DNA of 63,855 nt, the filler included, from Octopus bimaculoides (lineage: Eukaryota), in NCBI RefSeq assembly GCF_001194135.2. It is 6 parts of 5 records of this genome, joined end to end, with 100 filler letters (N's around TTAATTAATTAA, not from the genome) between each part and the next. Parts side by side here need not be neighbours in the genome. Positions count along the whole stretch, not along the records: positions 1 to 19,425 come from NC_069002.1; 5 more parts are not named here. The stretch is one strand, 5' to 3'. Below, in pieces: positions 1 to 11,865 of this stretch; the stretch's first letter is position 1; every line of letters begins with the position of its first letter. The notes under the pieces are model-generated. The model did not search any database and was not told the DNA's origin. It saw only the letters and a list, made by a program, of their open reading frames with translations. The position numbers and the translations under genes were made by a program.

Positions 1-404
1 TAATCTACAATAAATATGTTAAAATAAAAAAGGAAATTATTAGAACAAATTTAACTACAAAGAAAACCAACAGGAAACAGCCCCCTCCCCTCCAATCTGC
101 CTGCCCCCTCCCCTTATTTCTCCAAATGCTATGTTGTATGAAATGTAAATAGAATTTATTGTACATTGCATATTTTGATATATATATTTGTCACAAGAAA
201 ACGATAGTAAAATTTTTATGTACCATAAATGTTTCTTGTTTTCGTTGTACTTTAAAAAATTTAAATAAAATAATGGACTCTTCCGTTTTTAGACGACGTG
301 TGAGGGTTCGGCAATTTCATACCGAACAACCACACAGATGATTTGTTTATAGGGATCGAATGTTTGTGTAGACATAAGCTCACTCCTTCCATCAAATCAA
401 CATT

Positions 405-557
405 ACCTGTACAGGTGCGACAAGTGTCATATGTCCAGATGATCGCAGAGCAATGTGAAACGAAGTGCTTTGCTCAAGAACGCAACGCAACGCCCAGTCT
501 GGGAATTGAACCCACGATCTTGCAATCATGATGAGTGCAACACCTTAACCACTTTCA
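405..557 (-). mobile_element. tRNA-derived SINE, family C, 5' part
   Basis: Reverse complement gives a tRNA-like head (gtggttaaggtgttgcactc...gggttcaattccc) followed by gttcttgagcaaagcacttc, shared with 14971-15229 and 59983-60143. Confidence 0.75.
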
Positions 558-579
558 CAATATGTATACACACACGCAC

Positions 580-860
580 ACAATAATGCCCCGCTTTACG
601 AGACCCCAGATTTATGAGTTTTATTTTTCAGCTCACTTTCGTATGGTGAGGTGGAATTTTTTAAGCACAAGGCCCAAATTTTGAAGGAAGTGCAAAAGAT
701 ACTGTTACCATAGCAAATGCTTCTTCTGTGTGTTACTGAGAAATCTAGAGAGAGCGAAAAACAAGCTTCTTCTAAGCAAACGATTCTAGACTTGTTTTTT
801 AAAAAGAAATCTGCAAGTGATGCTGTGCAAGTGAAAGGGATTCACAAAACGATTATAATT
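580..860 (+). mobile_element. Tigger/pogo-like DNA transposon remnant
   Basis: Terminus-like caataatgccccgctttacgag; internal frame reads KQASSKQTILDLFFKKK, resembling the Tigger/pogo transposase C-terminal KQTTLDxFF motif. Confidence 0.45.
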
Positions 861-944
861 AATAATAATATTTTTAATTATAAATAATCTTGACATTCTT
901 TTTACTTTACGTTCTATTGTTGTTTTATTGCGATTTATTAGCGA

Positions 945-1102
945 GGGGTGCGAGCTGGTAGAAACGTTAGCACGCCGGGTGAAATGCTTAGCGCTATTTC
1001 GTCTTTACGTTCTGAGTTCAAATTCCGCTGAAGCCGACTTTGCCTTTCATCTTTTTGGGTCAATAAATTAAGTACCAGTTGCGTACTGGAGATGATCTAA
1101 TT
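945..1102 (+). mobile_element. tRNA-derived SINE, family B
   Basis: gcgagctggtagaaacgttagcacgccgggtgaaatgcttagc...ctgagttcaaattccg...aagtaccagt, shared with 6838, 11866 and 18968. Confidence 0.85.
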
Positions 1103-1179
1103 GTGGCTGCCCAGGAATCGAAACCATAACCTTACGGTCATGAGTCCAACGCCCTAACCACTAAGCCACGCGCCTCCAC
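1103..1179 (-). mobile_element. SINE family C tRNA-like head
   Basis: Reverse complement gtggaggcgcgtggcttagtggttagggcgttggactcatgaccgtaaggttatggtttcgattcc has A and B boxes but no proper cloverleaf. Confidence 0.7.
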
Positions 1180-1489
1180 TCCCCGGAATCGTGGACGGAG
1201 AAAATGGATAGATGGAATAGGAAAGCGGCGAGAAATTACAAGGGAGATAACTTTTCAATTGATGGGCGGTAACTCGTATAACAGCGTATTTCAGTGGTTA
1301 CTTCCCTTGCATTAACGGCGCGTTTCCAATTTCTTTTTAATCAAAGGTGATACAGTGTTGCCTTTTGTAGTTTTTTTCTCTGGAATCGCTTTGAATTTGC
1401 ATAAATCAATGGGTACTTTTTGGTTATCTCACCCCCATTAAAAAATTGAGTGTGGAGACAAGAGGTTGGATTAAAAGGGTTAGATCCTT

Positions 1490-1625
1490 TTGATTCAAAT
1501 CGACCCCAGGACTTATTCTTTATAAGCCTAGTACTTATTCTATCGGCTCTTGCCGAACCGCTAAGTTACTGGGACGTAAACACACCACCATCGGTTGTCA
1601 AGCGATGGTGGGCAGACAAGCACAG
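1490..1625 (-). mobile_element. SINE family A, 3' half fragment
   Basis: atcgaccccaggacttattcttt...gccgaaccgctaagttac matches 17611-18008 and 37220-37425. Confidence 0.85.
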
Positions 1626-2439
1626 AAGACCTGTTGGCCTAGGGTTGTAGGCAGTCGATCAATAATGGTGATAAATATGGCTGCGTGGTTAAATTTCGTT
1701 CCGTGTTCAATCCCATTGCAGGGAACTTGAGCAAATATGTTTCTATTAACGGTTTTTACACCGTCTCGTAAGTGAAATCTGGTGGACGAAAACTGTGTGG
1801 AACCCCGTAGAATGTGTGTGCATGCGTATGAATGCGTGAGTACGCTAGAAAAGTTTTTTGAAAAAAAGTTATAGAGGTTTAAAGTTTGATCGTTTTTTCC
1901 CAGTCAGAGAACAGACAGCCAAACAGAAAAGATCCAACTTAACTGAATAATGTGAATGCTAAATGGTTAAATGAACATCAGTGGCTAAAGAGAAAAGATT
2001 CGGCTTAACCTTGATTTAAATGCACCAAATAAACTTATGTAAATTTATCGTGTCTCGGGGATCACGAAAATAAAAATATACGTAATTAAAATAGAGAAAT
2101 TACGAAACGGATTAAGTTTCTGTATATGAGTAATAAAATGAAATGAAGAAAAAGAAAATTAAACCTGAAAATATATGTAATATTAAGCTAAAAATAATAA
2201 CAGAGAAATTAATTTAATAATAACCATTTATGTTAAATGTCGTTAATGTCCCGAGTTGTAATATTTAATACCTTATTGTTTCTGGTTTCGTTGTTTCCGT
2301 TTTTCGTTTTATTTTTACTTTCCTGGGACACTGCAGACGAAAATAATTAAATAAATGAATAAATAAACATTAAAAGATATCAAATCTCCTTTAAAGGAAG
2401 TGCTTCATTTTTTTATTTTCTGTTAACTTATGACTGAGT

Positions 2440-2582
2440 ACTTTACAAAATCGTAACCATGGGGTTTCAGGTTCAGTCACATAACGCGGCACCTTGGGCA
2501 AGTGTCTTCCATAATAACCCCGGACCGATCAATGCCTTGTGAGTGAATTTGATACAAGGAAACTGTGTGGAAGCCCGTTGCA
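2440..2582 (+). mobile_element. SINE family A, 5' half (CORE-like accttgggcaagt)
   Basis: ggttcagtcac...ggcaccttgggcaagtgtcttc...gccttgtgagtg matches 56293-56580. Confidence 0.8.
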
Positions 2583-2603
2583 TATATATATATATATATA
2601 TAT

Positions 2604-2733
2604 CATTGGCGACTCCGGCACACGGGCTGTTCGGGCTTAGCCCGAGTATAAATTTAGTAAAGTGAACGTGTATTTTCAAGCTGATCTAATTTCTGCCAAC
2701 ACTGACTTCCAAGTATGTAATTGCAGCCAATAA
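2604..2733 (+). mobile_element. hAT transposon 5' terminal fragment (same family as 20431-22975)
   Basis: cattggcgactcc...gcttagcccgagtataaatttagt...ctgccaacactgactt aligns with the reverse complement of 22855-22975. Confidence 0.8.
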
Positions 2734-3473
2734 CTCGGGCTCCTTTTATTGAGCCTGGTCGCAGTTCAGTTCATTTATTTTCTTTCGGCGTCTGACGATC
2801 ATCTTAGAGGTGCCCTGTGTCAAAAAATACCAATTGTAGCAGACGTTCTCTCGACATTCTTCACATGTTTTTCACGCTTACTTGATAAATTCTTATAAAG
2901 ATTTTATCCTATTTTTAAATATTAGAGAGTAAAAGCAGGAAACATTACATCAAAAAATCACAGAAGACATACGTCCATAATATAAATAATATTATATTAA
3001 TAAATAAATATATAAAGTCTGATTATCTAAAAAGGTTTGAGATATCTTACGATCGTTTCATGGATGTATTACCTTTCGAAATGAAATCCAAAATTGATAA
3101 TCGTTATTATGCAATACATCCACTCGTCAGAGAAAAGGATGAATTTCCGTGTAGTCAACCGAACGAAAGAGATGCTATTTAAAATCGTCGACAGCTTTTT
3201 AAACAACGCCAGCATCTCTTTCATTCGATTTACTACACGGAAATTCAGGTGTGCCGCCGAATTTTGAAAAGAATATAAGTGTACCGCAAGTGAAAAAAGG
3301 CCGCGGAGCACTGCTATAAAGACGATACTTATTTTGCTTGACGGTTAATCCAGCGCTGCAGGTACGAGTCTATAGCTTAAGTCAAAATTCCGTTTTAAGG
3401 ACTGTGTGAAAGATATTTTGACTCAATGCAAAATTGAAATAACCGATAAGTATCTTCTGTGCAAGACAGAAGT

Positions 3474-3585
3474 AAATGGCGCATAAAAATATTCAAAATG
3501 GCGCATAAAAATATTCAAATATTCAAAATGGCGCATAAAAATATTCAATGACGTCAGGAAGATTCAAGAATCTTCATTAGATTGG
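3474..3585 (+). promoter_or_regulatory. Motif cluster: 3x AAATGGCGCATAAAAATATTC, TGACGTCA (CRE), GAAnnTTCnnGAAnnTTC (HSE), inverted CCAAT
   Basis: Motifs read directly: tandem units 3474-3547, CRE 3549-3556, HSE 3557-3576, ATTGG 3581-3585. Function is untested. Confidence 0.45.
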
Positions 3586-3589
3586 GCTA

Positions 3590-3945
3590 ATGGTTGAGCA
3601 GGCAGCTAAGGAGAGAAAACCAGCCCCATGTTTTAAGTGTGATGAACACGGACGAGTTTGCTACACCTGAACTGATCTCGCCAGTCATCTACAGAAACTC
3701 GTCGGAATGTCTCAAGCTGAATATAACTATTTTCTAGCAGCTAATATGATATGTAATCGATGTGGTAGTGAAATATTCCAATCGATCTGGATTCACTCGA
3801 CACATGAAAGAATACGATCAGTCTGCTGTACAGAACGAGCGTCCGATTGCAACACGGGAAAATGAATACCGTATCTGCAGCAAAAGAAATATAACTCCCT
3901 TGCTGGTTTTAAAGGGTCCCATGGTTACTGAAAAAGAGGAAAGAA
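3590..3945 (+). pseudogene. Decayed ORF with three C2H2-like zinc fingers (retroelement or ZNF remnant)
   Basis: ATG at 3590: MVEQAAKERKPAPCFKCDEHGRVCYT*TDLASHLQK...MICNRCGS, then after a frameshift KYSNRSGFTRHMK...RICSK, then after another YNSLAGFKGSH. Confidence 0.55.
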
Positions 3946-4551
3946 GAAAAGACTCGGAAACGATACAATTTTTCGGGGATGATCATAATCGTCCACCCAG
4001 TCGACAGCTATCACGCGCACGCGTGCGTGTGCGATGTGTAATGAGTGTAAATGTGTGTCGTATTACTCAAAACACACCAGGAGTGTACTTTCAAACAAGA
4101 AATCTATTTGAGTGCAGAAGTGACTGGTGTATTGGGTTCAGGGCCATGTAATTTGATGTAATATTTAAACTAGTTGAATAAAGTATTTTTCCAGAAAAAA
4201 AATGTTTTTAAAAAGTTCAGGGAGATAAAACAGCCGGCTTTGGGGCAGCAGTAAGACATAAAACTGTCATCACCATTGTACGTTGGTACACAAACATAAG
4301 TCACACATCCCCAGTGTTTGTGCAGCCCCGCCTCTCTCTCTCTCTCTCTCTCTCTCCCACCCTCTCCTGTTGTCACATCCTGGACGTTCCACTAAATCTA
4401 GGACAAACCGAGAGGTACCCATGACTGATCGTGACTAAGTAGGCACACCTAATTAGCGGTAGCATAGTGTATGTTCCCAAGTCAAACTCGCTTGCGAGTG
4501 ACGGCTATGTTTCACACCATACACACAACTACACACACATATACACTCATA

Positions 4552-4596
<45 letters not shown>

Positions 4597-5163
4597 TGGT
4601 GGGGATTGACTCTACGCAACAAATAAACAAACGATATAGTTTTACTGATCGTTCGTTCGCCGTCACTACTTTGCAAGGTCCTTTTCTCTGTAATGTTCAC
4701 CAAACTTCCAAACATCATACCAAATGGGTGTGACAGGCGTATAATGTACCATTTTCTCCCAATCCCTGACTAATATATATGTTACACACCCATCACATTA
4801 CGACATATTTCAAGGCTGTAAGCAATAGGAACCAAGAAACCAAGGAACCAACCAAAACCGTCACTAATGCTGTCTCCCAAAATTTCTGGTCAAATGCGCT
4901 TATTAAAAGGAATTCGCAATGACATATCACAGATGTGTCTAATACGTTATCTTTCACATATTTCCGTCCAGGGCCGGCCCGCGAAATTGTTTTTCCCACG
5001 CGAGTTCCGGACCCCAGTTATGGACTCATTTGCATACAGCTCAGCTATCAAACTAATTTATGAGCGCATAACAAGTGATGCTCAATAAGATAAGGTCACA
5101 TCGGTTTCCCTAAACAAACCCCCACCGGTGAGGAACACACACACACTGAAGTATAAGTATATA

Positions 5164-5229
5164 TACGAGTGGGTGCTGAAAAGCTCCTGGCTTTTGGTAA
5201 AGAAAATATAGGAGGACCAGTTAATTATG
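5164..5229 (+). mobile_element. Tc1/mariner-type terminal fragment
   Basis: ta|cgagtgggtgctgaaaagctcctggc resembles the reverse complement of the mariner end at 24620-24650. Confidence 0.45.
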
Positions 5230-5907
5230 TTTTTTTTTTTGTTTTTTTTTTCGCTGTATCTGAATTCGTGTTATGCTAATTTAGTTCTCTTTTAATTAAT
5301 AATTCCAATTAGTCGACACCGAAACAGTTCTCTTTTAATTACTGAAGGAATTTATCAGAGCAGTTGTCCTCGAAACGGTGTTGGCGTACACGGGAAATTA
5401 ACCGGAATAAATTGGTTTGTTGTGACGAAGAGGGGGTGTTTAAAACAGGCATAAGAAACTTCTTTTTTTNNNNNNNNNNNNNNNNNNNNNNNNNNNNNNN
5501 NNNNNNNNNNNNNNNNNNNNNNNNNNNNNNNNNNNNNNNNNNNNNNNNNNNNNNNNNNNNNNNNNNNNNNNNNNNNNNNNNNNNNNNNNNNNNNNNNNNN
5601 NNNNNNNNNNNNNNNNNNNNNNNNNNNNNNNNNNNNNNNNNNNNNNNNNNNNNNNNNNNNNNNNNNNNNNNNNNNNNNNNNNNNNNNNNNNNNNNNNNNN
5701 NNNNNNNNNNNNNNNNNNNNNNNNNNNNNNNNNNNNNNNNNNNNNNNNNNNNNNNNNNNNNNNNNNNATGGATGGATGGATGGATGGATGTGATATATAT
5801 CTTGTGTAACCTTACTTTTATTTTTAAAAAGAATTCGAAATATCTAATAGAGATTAAAAATCATTTAAGGAGGATTAGTTTGGAATCACGTTATCTCTTA
5901 CATGACA

Positions 5908-5909
5908 TT

Positions 5910-5963
<54 letters not shown>

Positions 5964-6238
5964 TTACATACAAATATACATGCATGTATATAACAACACA
6001 ATTACTGCCACAGACACCGGCAAAACAACAATAACAACAACAACAACAACAACAACTACTACTACTACTACTACTAATAATAATAATAATAATTGTAGCA
6101 GCAGCAGCACCACTACTACAACCACTACAACTATTACTACCACCACGACCATCACTCATACTACCACCCCAATAGCTACTATTACTAATACTATGATTAC
6201 AACTACAACAACAGCTTCTACAACTACAACAGCAGCTT

Positions 6239-6305
<67 letters not shown>

Positions 6306-6310
6306 AACGG
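5908..6310. repeat. Compound microsatellite (CA)n, (ACA)n, (ACT)n, (AAT)n
   Basis: Directly visible. Confidence 0.95.
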
Positions 6311-6649
6311 CCAGCAGGTGCACTGGGGAAAAGAGAGGAGAAGGAGAGAGAGGGTGAAGAAATCTTTCGATTCTGATTTCCATTCTCGCTCGTTTCAAAT
6401 ATAATTAATTAATCCTAGATTGTTGGTTTCTCTTCGCAGCTGAGGTTTTGGAGATCCATCCATCCATCCATCCAGAGAATAACCGATAGAAAAACAATAA
6501 GCAAAAAGTTTAACCGGAACCAGGTAGTAATTCAGCAGATATTATACGAGACGAAGTTTGCGAAACGGCTGTAACCCTATGGAAGTCACGTGATTAAATA
6601 AATATATGTTCAGCTTTCATACATCATGACTTTACATACATACAGACAT

Positions 6650-6765
6650 ATCTTTTATCTTCTACTTTCTACTTTCTTCAGTGATAAGAGTGTGGCCATG
6701 CTGGGGCACCATCCTGAGGAATTTTAGTCGAAGTAATCGCTCCAGTACTCTTCTTTTTAAGACTC
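6650..6765 (-). mobile_element. SINE family A, 3' end fragment
   Basis: ttcagtgataagagtgtggccatgctggggcacc matches other family A tails. Confidence 0.7.
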
Positions 6766-6837
6766 CATCTACGTATGTGTGTAATTACGCATGTATACAT
6801 GTGTGCATGTATGTATGTACATACACACACACACACA

Positions 6838-7041
6838 CGCCGGGCGAAATGCTTAGCGGTATTTCGTCTACTGCTACGTTCTGAGTTCAAATTCCGCCGA
6901 GGTCGACTCTGCCTTTCATCCTTTCGGGGTCGATTAAATAAGTACCAGTTACACACTGGGGTCGGTATAATCTACTTAATCCGTTTGTCTGTCCTTGTTT
7001 GTCCCCTCTGTGTGTAGCCCCTTGTGGGTAGTAAAGAAATA
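6838..7041 (+). mobile_element. SINE family B with Tx1-like 3' tail
   Basis: Family B body, then gtccttgtttgtcccctctgtgtgtagccccttgtgggtagtaaagaaataa, similar to the LINE 3' end at 27165-27225. Confidence 0.85.
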
Positions 7042-7224
7042 ACACACACATATGTATATATATATATATATATATATTCGTGGAGATTTTAGGGGTTCGC
7101 TCCCCCCCTGCTGGCAATATATATGTTCAGGGCGCAGTGCTGCACCGATAAGCAGCTGGTGGAAGATCTGCCGGGAGTCAAATTAGTGGTAACATGGAAC
7201 ATGGAACACTCATGTGGTGATTAA

Positions 7225-7578
7225 CTTGTGTGTATGTGTGTGTGTTTGTATGTGTGTGTTTGTGTGTGTATGTGTGTATGTATGTGTGTATGTGTGTGTA
7301 AGTGTGTGTATGTGTGTGTGTGTGTGTGTGTGCGTGTGCGTGTGTGTGTGTATGGCGATAATATATTTGCAAGTATCATGNNNNNNNNNNACACACACAC
7401 ACACACAAACACAAACACTATTGTGTATGCGCTTTGTATATATATATATATATACACACACACATGCATATATATATATATATACACACACATACATATA
7501 TATACACATACACGCACAAGTACATATACAGCTACATACATATAGCCATCCACATACACCTATATTAAATGTATATGC

Positions 7579-7660
<82 letters not shown>

Positions 7661-7713
7661 NNNNNNNNNNATACATATATATACATATATACATATATAT
7701 ATATGTATATACA

Positions 7714-7751
<38 letters not shown>

Positions 7752-7850
7752 TGCGTGTGTATATGTATTTATACACACACACATACTCACACACATACAC
7801 ACACAATTATATATATATATATAATATATATATAATATTTGTCATATGTA
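7225..7850. repeat. (TG)n/(CA)n/(TA)n microsatellite block with 10-N gaps
   Basis: Directly visible. Confidence 0.95.
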
Positions 7851-8764
7851 TATATAATCTAACTCAAAGACACATCTGTAATGTTACTTGAACGAAATAT
7901 CGCCAGAAAATAAATATGACAAGATGACCAACAGCATTTGGCTGGCACCAACAGACATTCTAGATAACAGAAATTATCGCAGCAACTGGGAAACTTGTCC
8001 CCGAAGATTTCAAAAATGACCCCCTCAAAACGTTAACATTTTGGTTAACATCTTGTTCTTGTTGAAAATGTTTTCTTAACTCCAAATGTCTGCGCCATCA
8101 CCTACTTCGCAACCACATCATTTGGTGTACATATTTGTTCCCCTGTATACATACATACATACATACATACATACATACATACATACATACAGACGTGAAA
8201 GAGGGTGTCGGTAATTAATCTGGGGCAAATCTACAAATAAATCCTCATATCTCGCTTCCCATTTTTTTGCCTTNNNNNNNNNNNNNNNNNNNNNNNNNNN
8301 NNNNNNNNNNNNNNNNNNNNNNNNNNNNNNNNNNNNNNNNNNNNNNNNNNNNNNNNNNNNNNNNNNNNNNNNNNNNNNNNNNNNNNNNNNNNNNNNNNNN
8401 NNNNNNNNNNNNNNNNNNNNNNNNNNNNNNNATATATATATATATATATATATACATACACATAATTTAGTATTATCTGGGTAATAATCTTAAAGCTCCT
8501 CTATCAGTAGCGGCTACCAAACGTTATCATGCAACAGGACTTCGCCATTTACTGGATATACATGCGGAAATCGCCGAGTGTCCGTAGAGTTTCTACGGAA
8601 ACACTCTTAATACGAGAAGGTAGAATGAACAAACTTTATTACAAATCACTACAATTGTTTCGGCGCATCATTATCAGCTGCAGGAATCGATTTATAGCGT
8701 TAAATCGATGACTGCCACTGCGGCCGCTACTCGTCCTTATGACGACGATGACGATGACGATGAC

Positions 8765-8808
<44 letters not shown>

Positions 8809-9038
8809 CGATGATGATGATGAGGAGGAGGAGGAGGAGGAGGATGCTGGTGCTCCGGCTGTGAAACAACTGAAGTGAAATTAACAGAAGTCTGTAATAA
8901 CTGTGAGTTCGTTAGTTAAAGTTTAATTAAGCAATTATTTATAAAGTTATGCATATTTAGTTTAATAAGGAAATTCAAATTAATGTTTTCTTCTTTAGGT
9001 TTGTTTATATTTAACACACACACACGTACACACACACA

Positions 9039-9075
<37 letters not shown>

Positions 9076-9559
9076 ACACACACATACACACATGCACACA
9101 AACATACACATGTATATTTAAGCTTTTAACAAGTGAAGTAAAACAAATTTAGTACGTGTGACAATATTTTTTGATTGTATACACAATATTCAGTGAGTTT
9201 CTTTTGTGTGCACTTGGAAGAAACCAAGTTCCTATGAAGAACGGATTTATTTCTGAACCTGTAAGAGAATCAATGATTATCTGGCAGGAAATAACGTCAT
9301 TTTGAACAGTCTGCATGAAACGAGTTGTGATGATAACCACCACCACCACAACAACAACAACGACAGTACCAGTAATATCGCATACACACGCACGAACACA
9401 CGGACACACGTACGCACACGCTTGTATTGCACAAAACGAAGGAATGAATGGAGAGTTGAAACAACTTCATGTAGAAGAGCCATAGGTGTAAATTATTTGA
9501 TGGAGAAAAAGAATCACCTCGGCAGAGCGGTGTAACAAACGCCGGTGCATCAGTACCTC

Positions 9560-9985
9560 ACTCTCTTACCAGTCAGTGAGAAAAGGAGAAAAAAGAAAGC
9601 AGGAAATAACTTATTTTTGGATTCCGATGATGCAGAGCTTTGCTCATGTATCCAAAAGAGCAAGTACCAACAGCTTTAGTCAAAACATGAAATGACATTC
9701 TCCACCAGTCGGGGCTGAAAGAAATGAAACAATAAAAGAATATGTGTGAAACTGAAAAGACAGTGTGGCATATTTTAAGCGAATGCTGCAAATTGACCCG
9801 AACAGAATACAAGAGAATGCATGACAATGTCACCGGGATGGTCCAGTGGGAACTATGTGGTTAGTTTTGATTAGGAATAGAAAGAAAATGGTATGACCAT
9901 GAAACAGAGACTGTGGTAGAAAATGACAGTTAAGATCCTTTAGGGCTTCATGATCCAGTATCCAGTAGGATCATAGAATCAAACA
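9560..9985 (+). mobile_element. R4/Dong-like non-LTR retrotransposon fragment (zinc knuckle and RLE-proximal region), decayed
   Basis: Translates as CETEKTVWHILSECCKLTRTEYKRMHDNVTGMVQWELC...KWYDHETETVVEND, homologous to the 27477-28253 ORF (TVDHLISGC...EYKSRHDRV...HW...KWYKH). Confidence 0.8.
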
Positions 9986-10147
9986 TCAAAAATCCAATAT
10001 TGTTCTTGTCGGGTACTATATTTTAAAAGAGATTTGATGGGTATTTCTAGTAGCCGGTGTGACTATGTAGAGGTTTCTAAAGTTTGTTTATATAGACACG
10101 TGCTTATTATATATATATATATATATACATAATATAAACACACACAC

Positions 10148-10212
<65 letters not shown>

Positions 10213-10222
10213 TACATATATA

Positions 10223-10282
<60 letters not shown>
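10148..10282. repeat. (GATA)n followed by its reverse complement (CTAT)n
   Basis: Arms of about 60 bp separated by about 10 nt. Confidence 0.9.
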
Positions 10283-10811
10283 ATTATCCTTATTTTTTTT
10301 ACTTGTTTCAGTCATTTGACTGTGGCCATGCTATATACATATCTACACCCACACCCACAACATATGTATGAATGCATGTATGTATATTAGTTTAAAAAAT
10401 GGGATTGACTTTTTATGTTTTCCACATTCTTGGACTCCTAAATTCCTATACAGTCTTTGATTGAAGAATCAAATTACAAATTCTAGGAGCATAATCTTCA
10501 GTGCACTTCTTTTACCGTTTTTCTTCTCTTTTGTTTGTTTGTTTTAATGTTATTTTTTTTTTCTTTCACTTAGATTTTGGTCATATTTTTTCGAGCGGGA
10601 TTTTGTCATTGCTCGTTCAGATATTTTGAAAAGATTTCCTTTCTATTTCGCAATTGTGTCAACATCGATATCAAAATTTATAAAAAATATATAGGACTTC
10701 ACAGATATATGTCAAGACTGTGTATGTGTGCGTGTATGTGTGTATGTGTGTGTGCGTGCGTGTGTGTAATTAAATGCATGTTTTACAGCAACCCATTAAC
10801 GTATAAATATC

Positions 10812-10888
<77 letters not shown>

Positions 10889-11777
10889 ATACACACCAAA
10901 AACACACTTACATATATATTCAAGCATGTATGTATATGTATGTATGCATGCATGTATGTAGGCATACATGCACGCACGCATGTATGTATATGTATGCATA
11001 TATATANNNNNNNNNNNNNNNNNNNNNNNNNNNNNNNNNNNNNNNNNNNNNNNNNNNNNNNNNNNNNNNNNNNNNNNNNNNNNNNNNNNNNNNNNNNNNN
11101 NNNNNNNNNNNNNNNNNNNNNNNNNNNNNNNNNNNNNNNNNNNNNNNNNNNNNNNNNNNNNNNNNNNNNNNNNNNNNNNNNNNNNNNNNNNNNNNNNNNN
11201 NNNNNNNNNNNNNNNNNNNNNNNNNNNNNNNNNNNNNNNNNNNNNNNNNNNNNNNNNNNNNNNNNNNNNNNNNNNNNNNNNNNNNNNNNNNNNNNNNNNN
11301 NNNNNNNNNNNNNNNNNNNNNNNNNNNNNNNNNNNNNNNNNNNNNNNNNNNNNNNNNNNNNNNNNNNNNNNNNNNNNNNNNNNNNNNNNNNNNNNNNNNN
11401 NNNNNNNNNNNNNNNNNNNNNNNNNNNNNNNNNNNNNNNNNNNNNNNNNNNNNNNNNNNNNNNNNNNNNNNNNNNNNNNNNNNNNNNNNNNNNNNNNNNN
11501 NNNNNNNNNNNNNNNNNNNNNNNNNNNNNNNNNNNNNNNNNNNNNNNNNNNNNNNNNNNNNNNNNNNNNNNNNNNNNNNNNNNNNNNNNNNNNNNNNNNN
11601 NNNNNNNNNNNNNNNNNNNNNNNNNNNNNNNNNNNNNNNNNNNNNNNNNNNNNNNNNNNNNNNNNNNNNNNNNNNNNNNNNNNNNNNNNNNNNNNNNNNN
11701 NNNNNNNNNNNNNNNNNNNNNNNNNNNNNNNNNNNNNNNNCCATCATGCATCATGGTATTAGTGGGTTACCGATATA

Positions 11778-11829
<52 letters not shown>

Positions 11830-11865
11830 CACACGCAGAAACCATCATCGTTATTGCCATTATTG

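Noticed and set aside
1103-1179. tRNA gene calls for tRNA-like heads (also 14971, 17487, 56293)
   Set aside because: Stems do not form a cloverleaf and they continue into SINE bodies
8106-8142. 37-nt minus-strand exon candidate (cag...gtaggt)
   Set aside because: No polypyrimidine tract, no recognisable peptide and no match to importin exon 2
8708-8878. Acidic mini-ORF MTATAAATRPY(D)n(E)nDAGAPAVKQLK
   Set aside because: Mostly a (GAT)n(GAG)n microsatellite; no convincing splice context or homology
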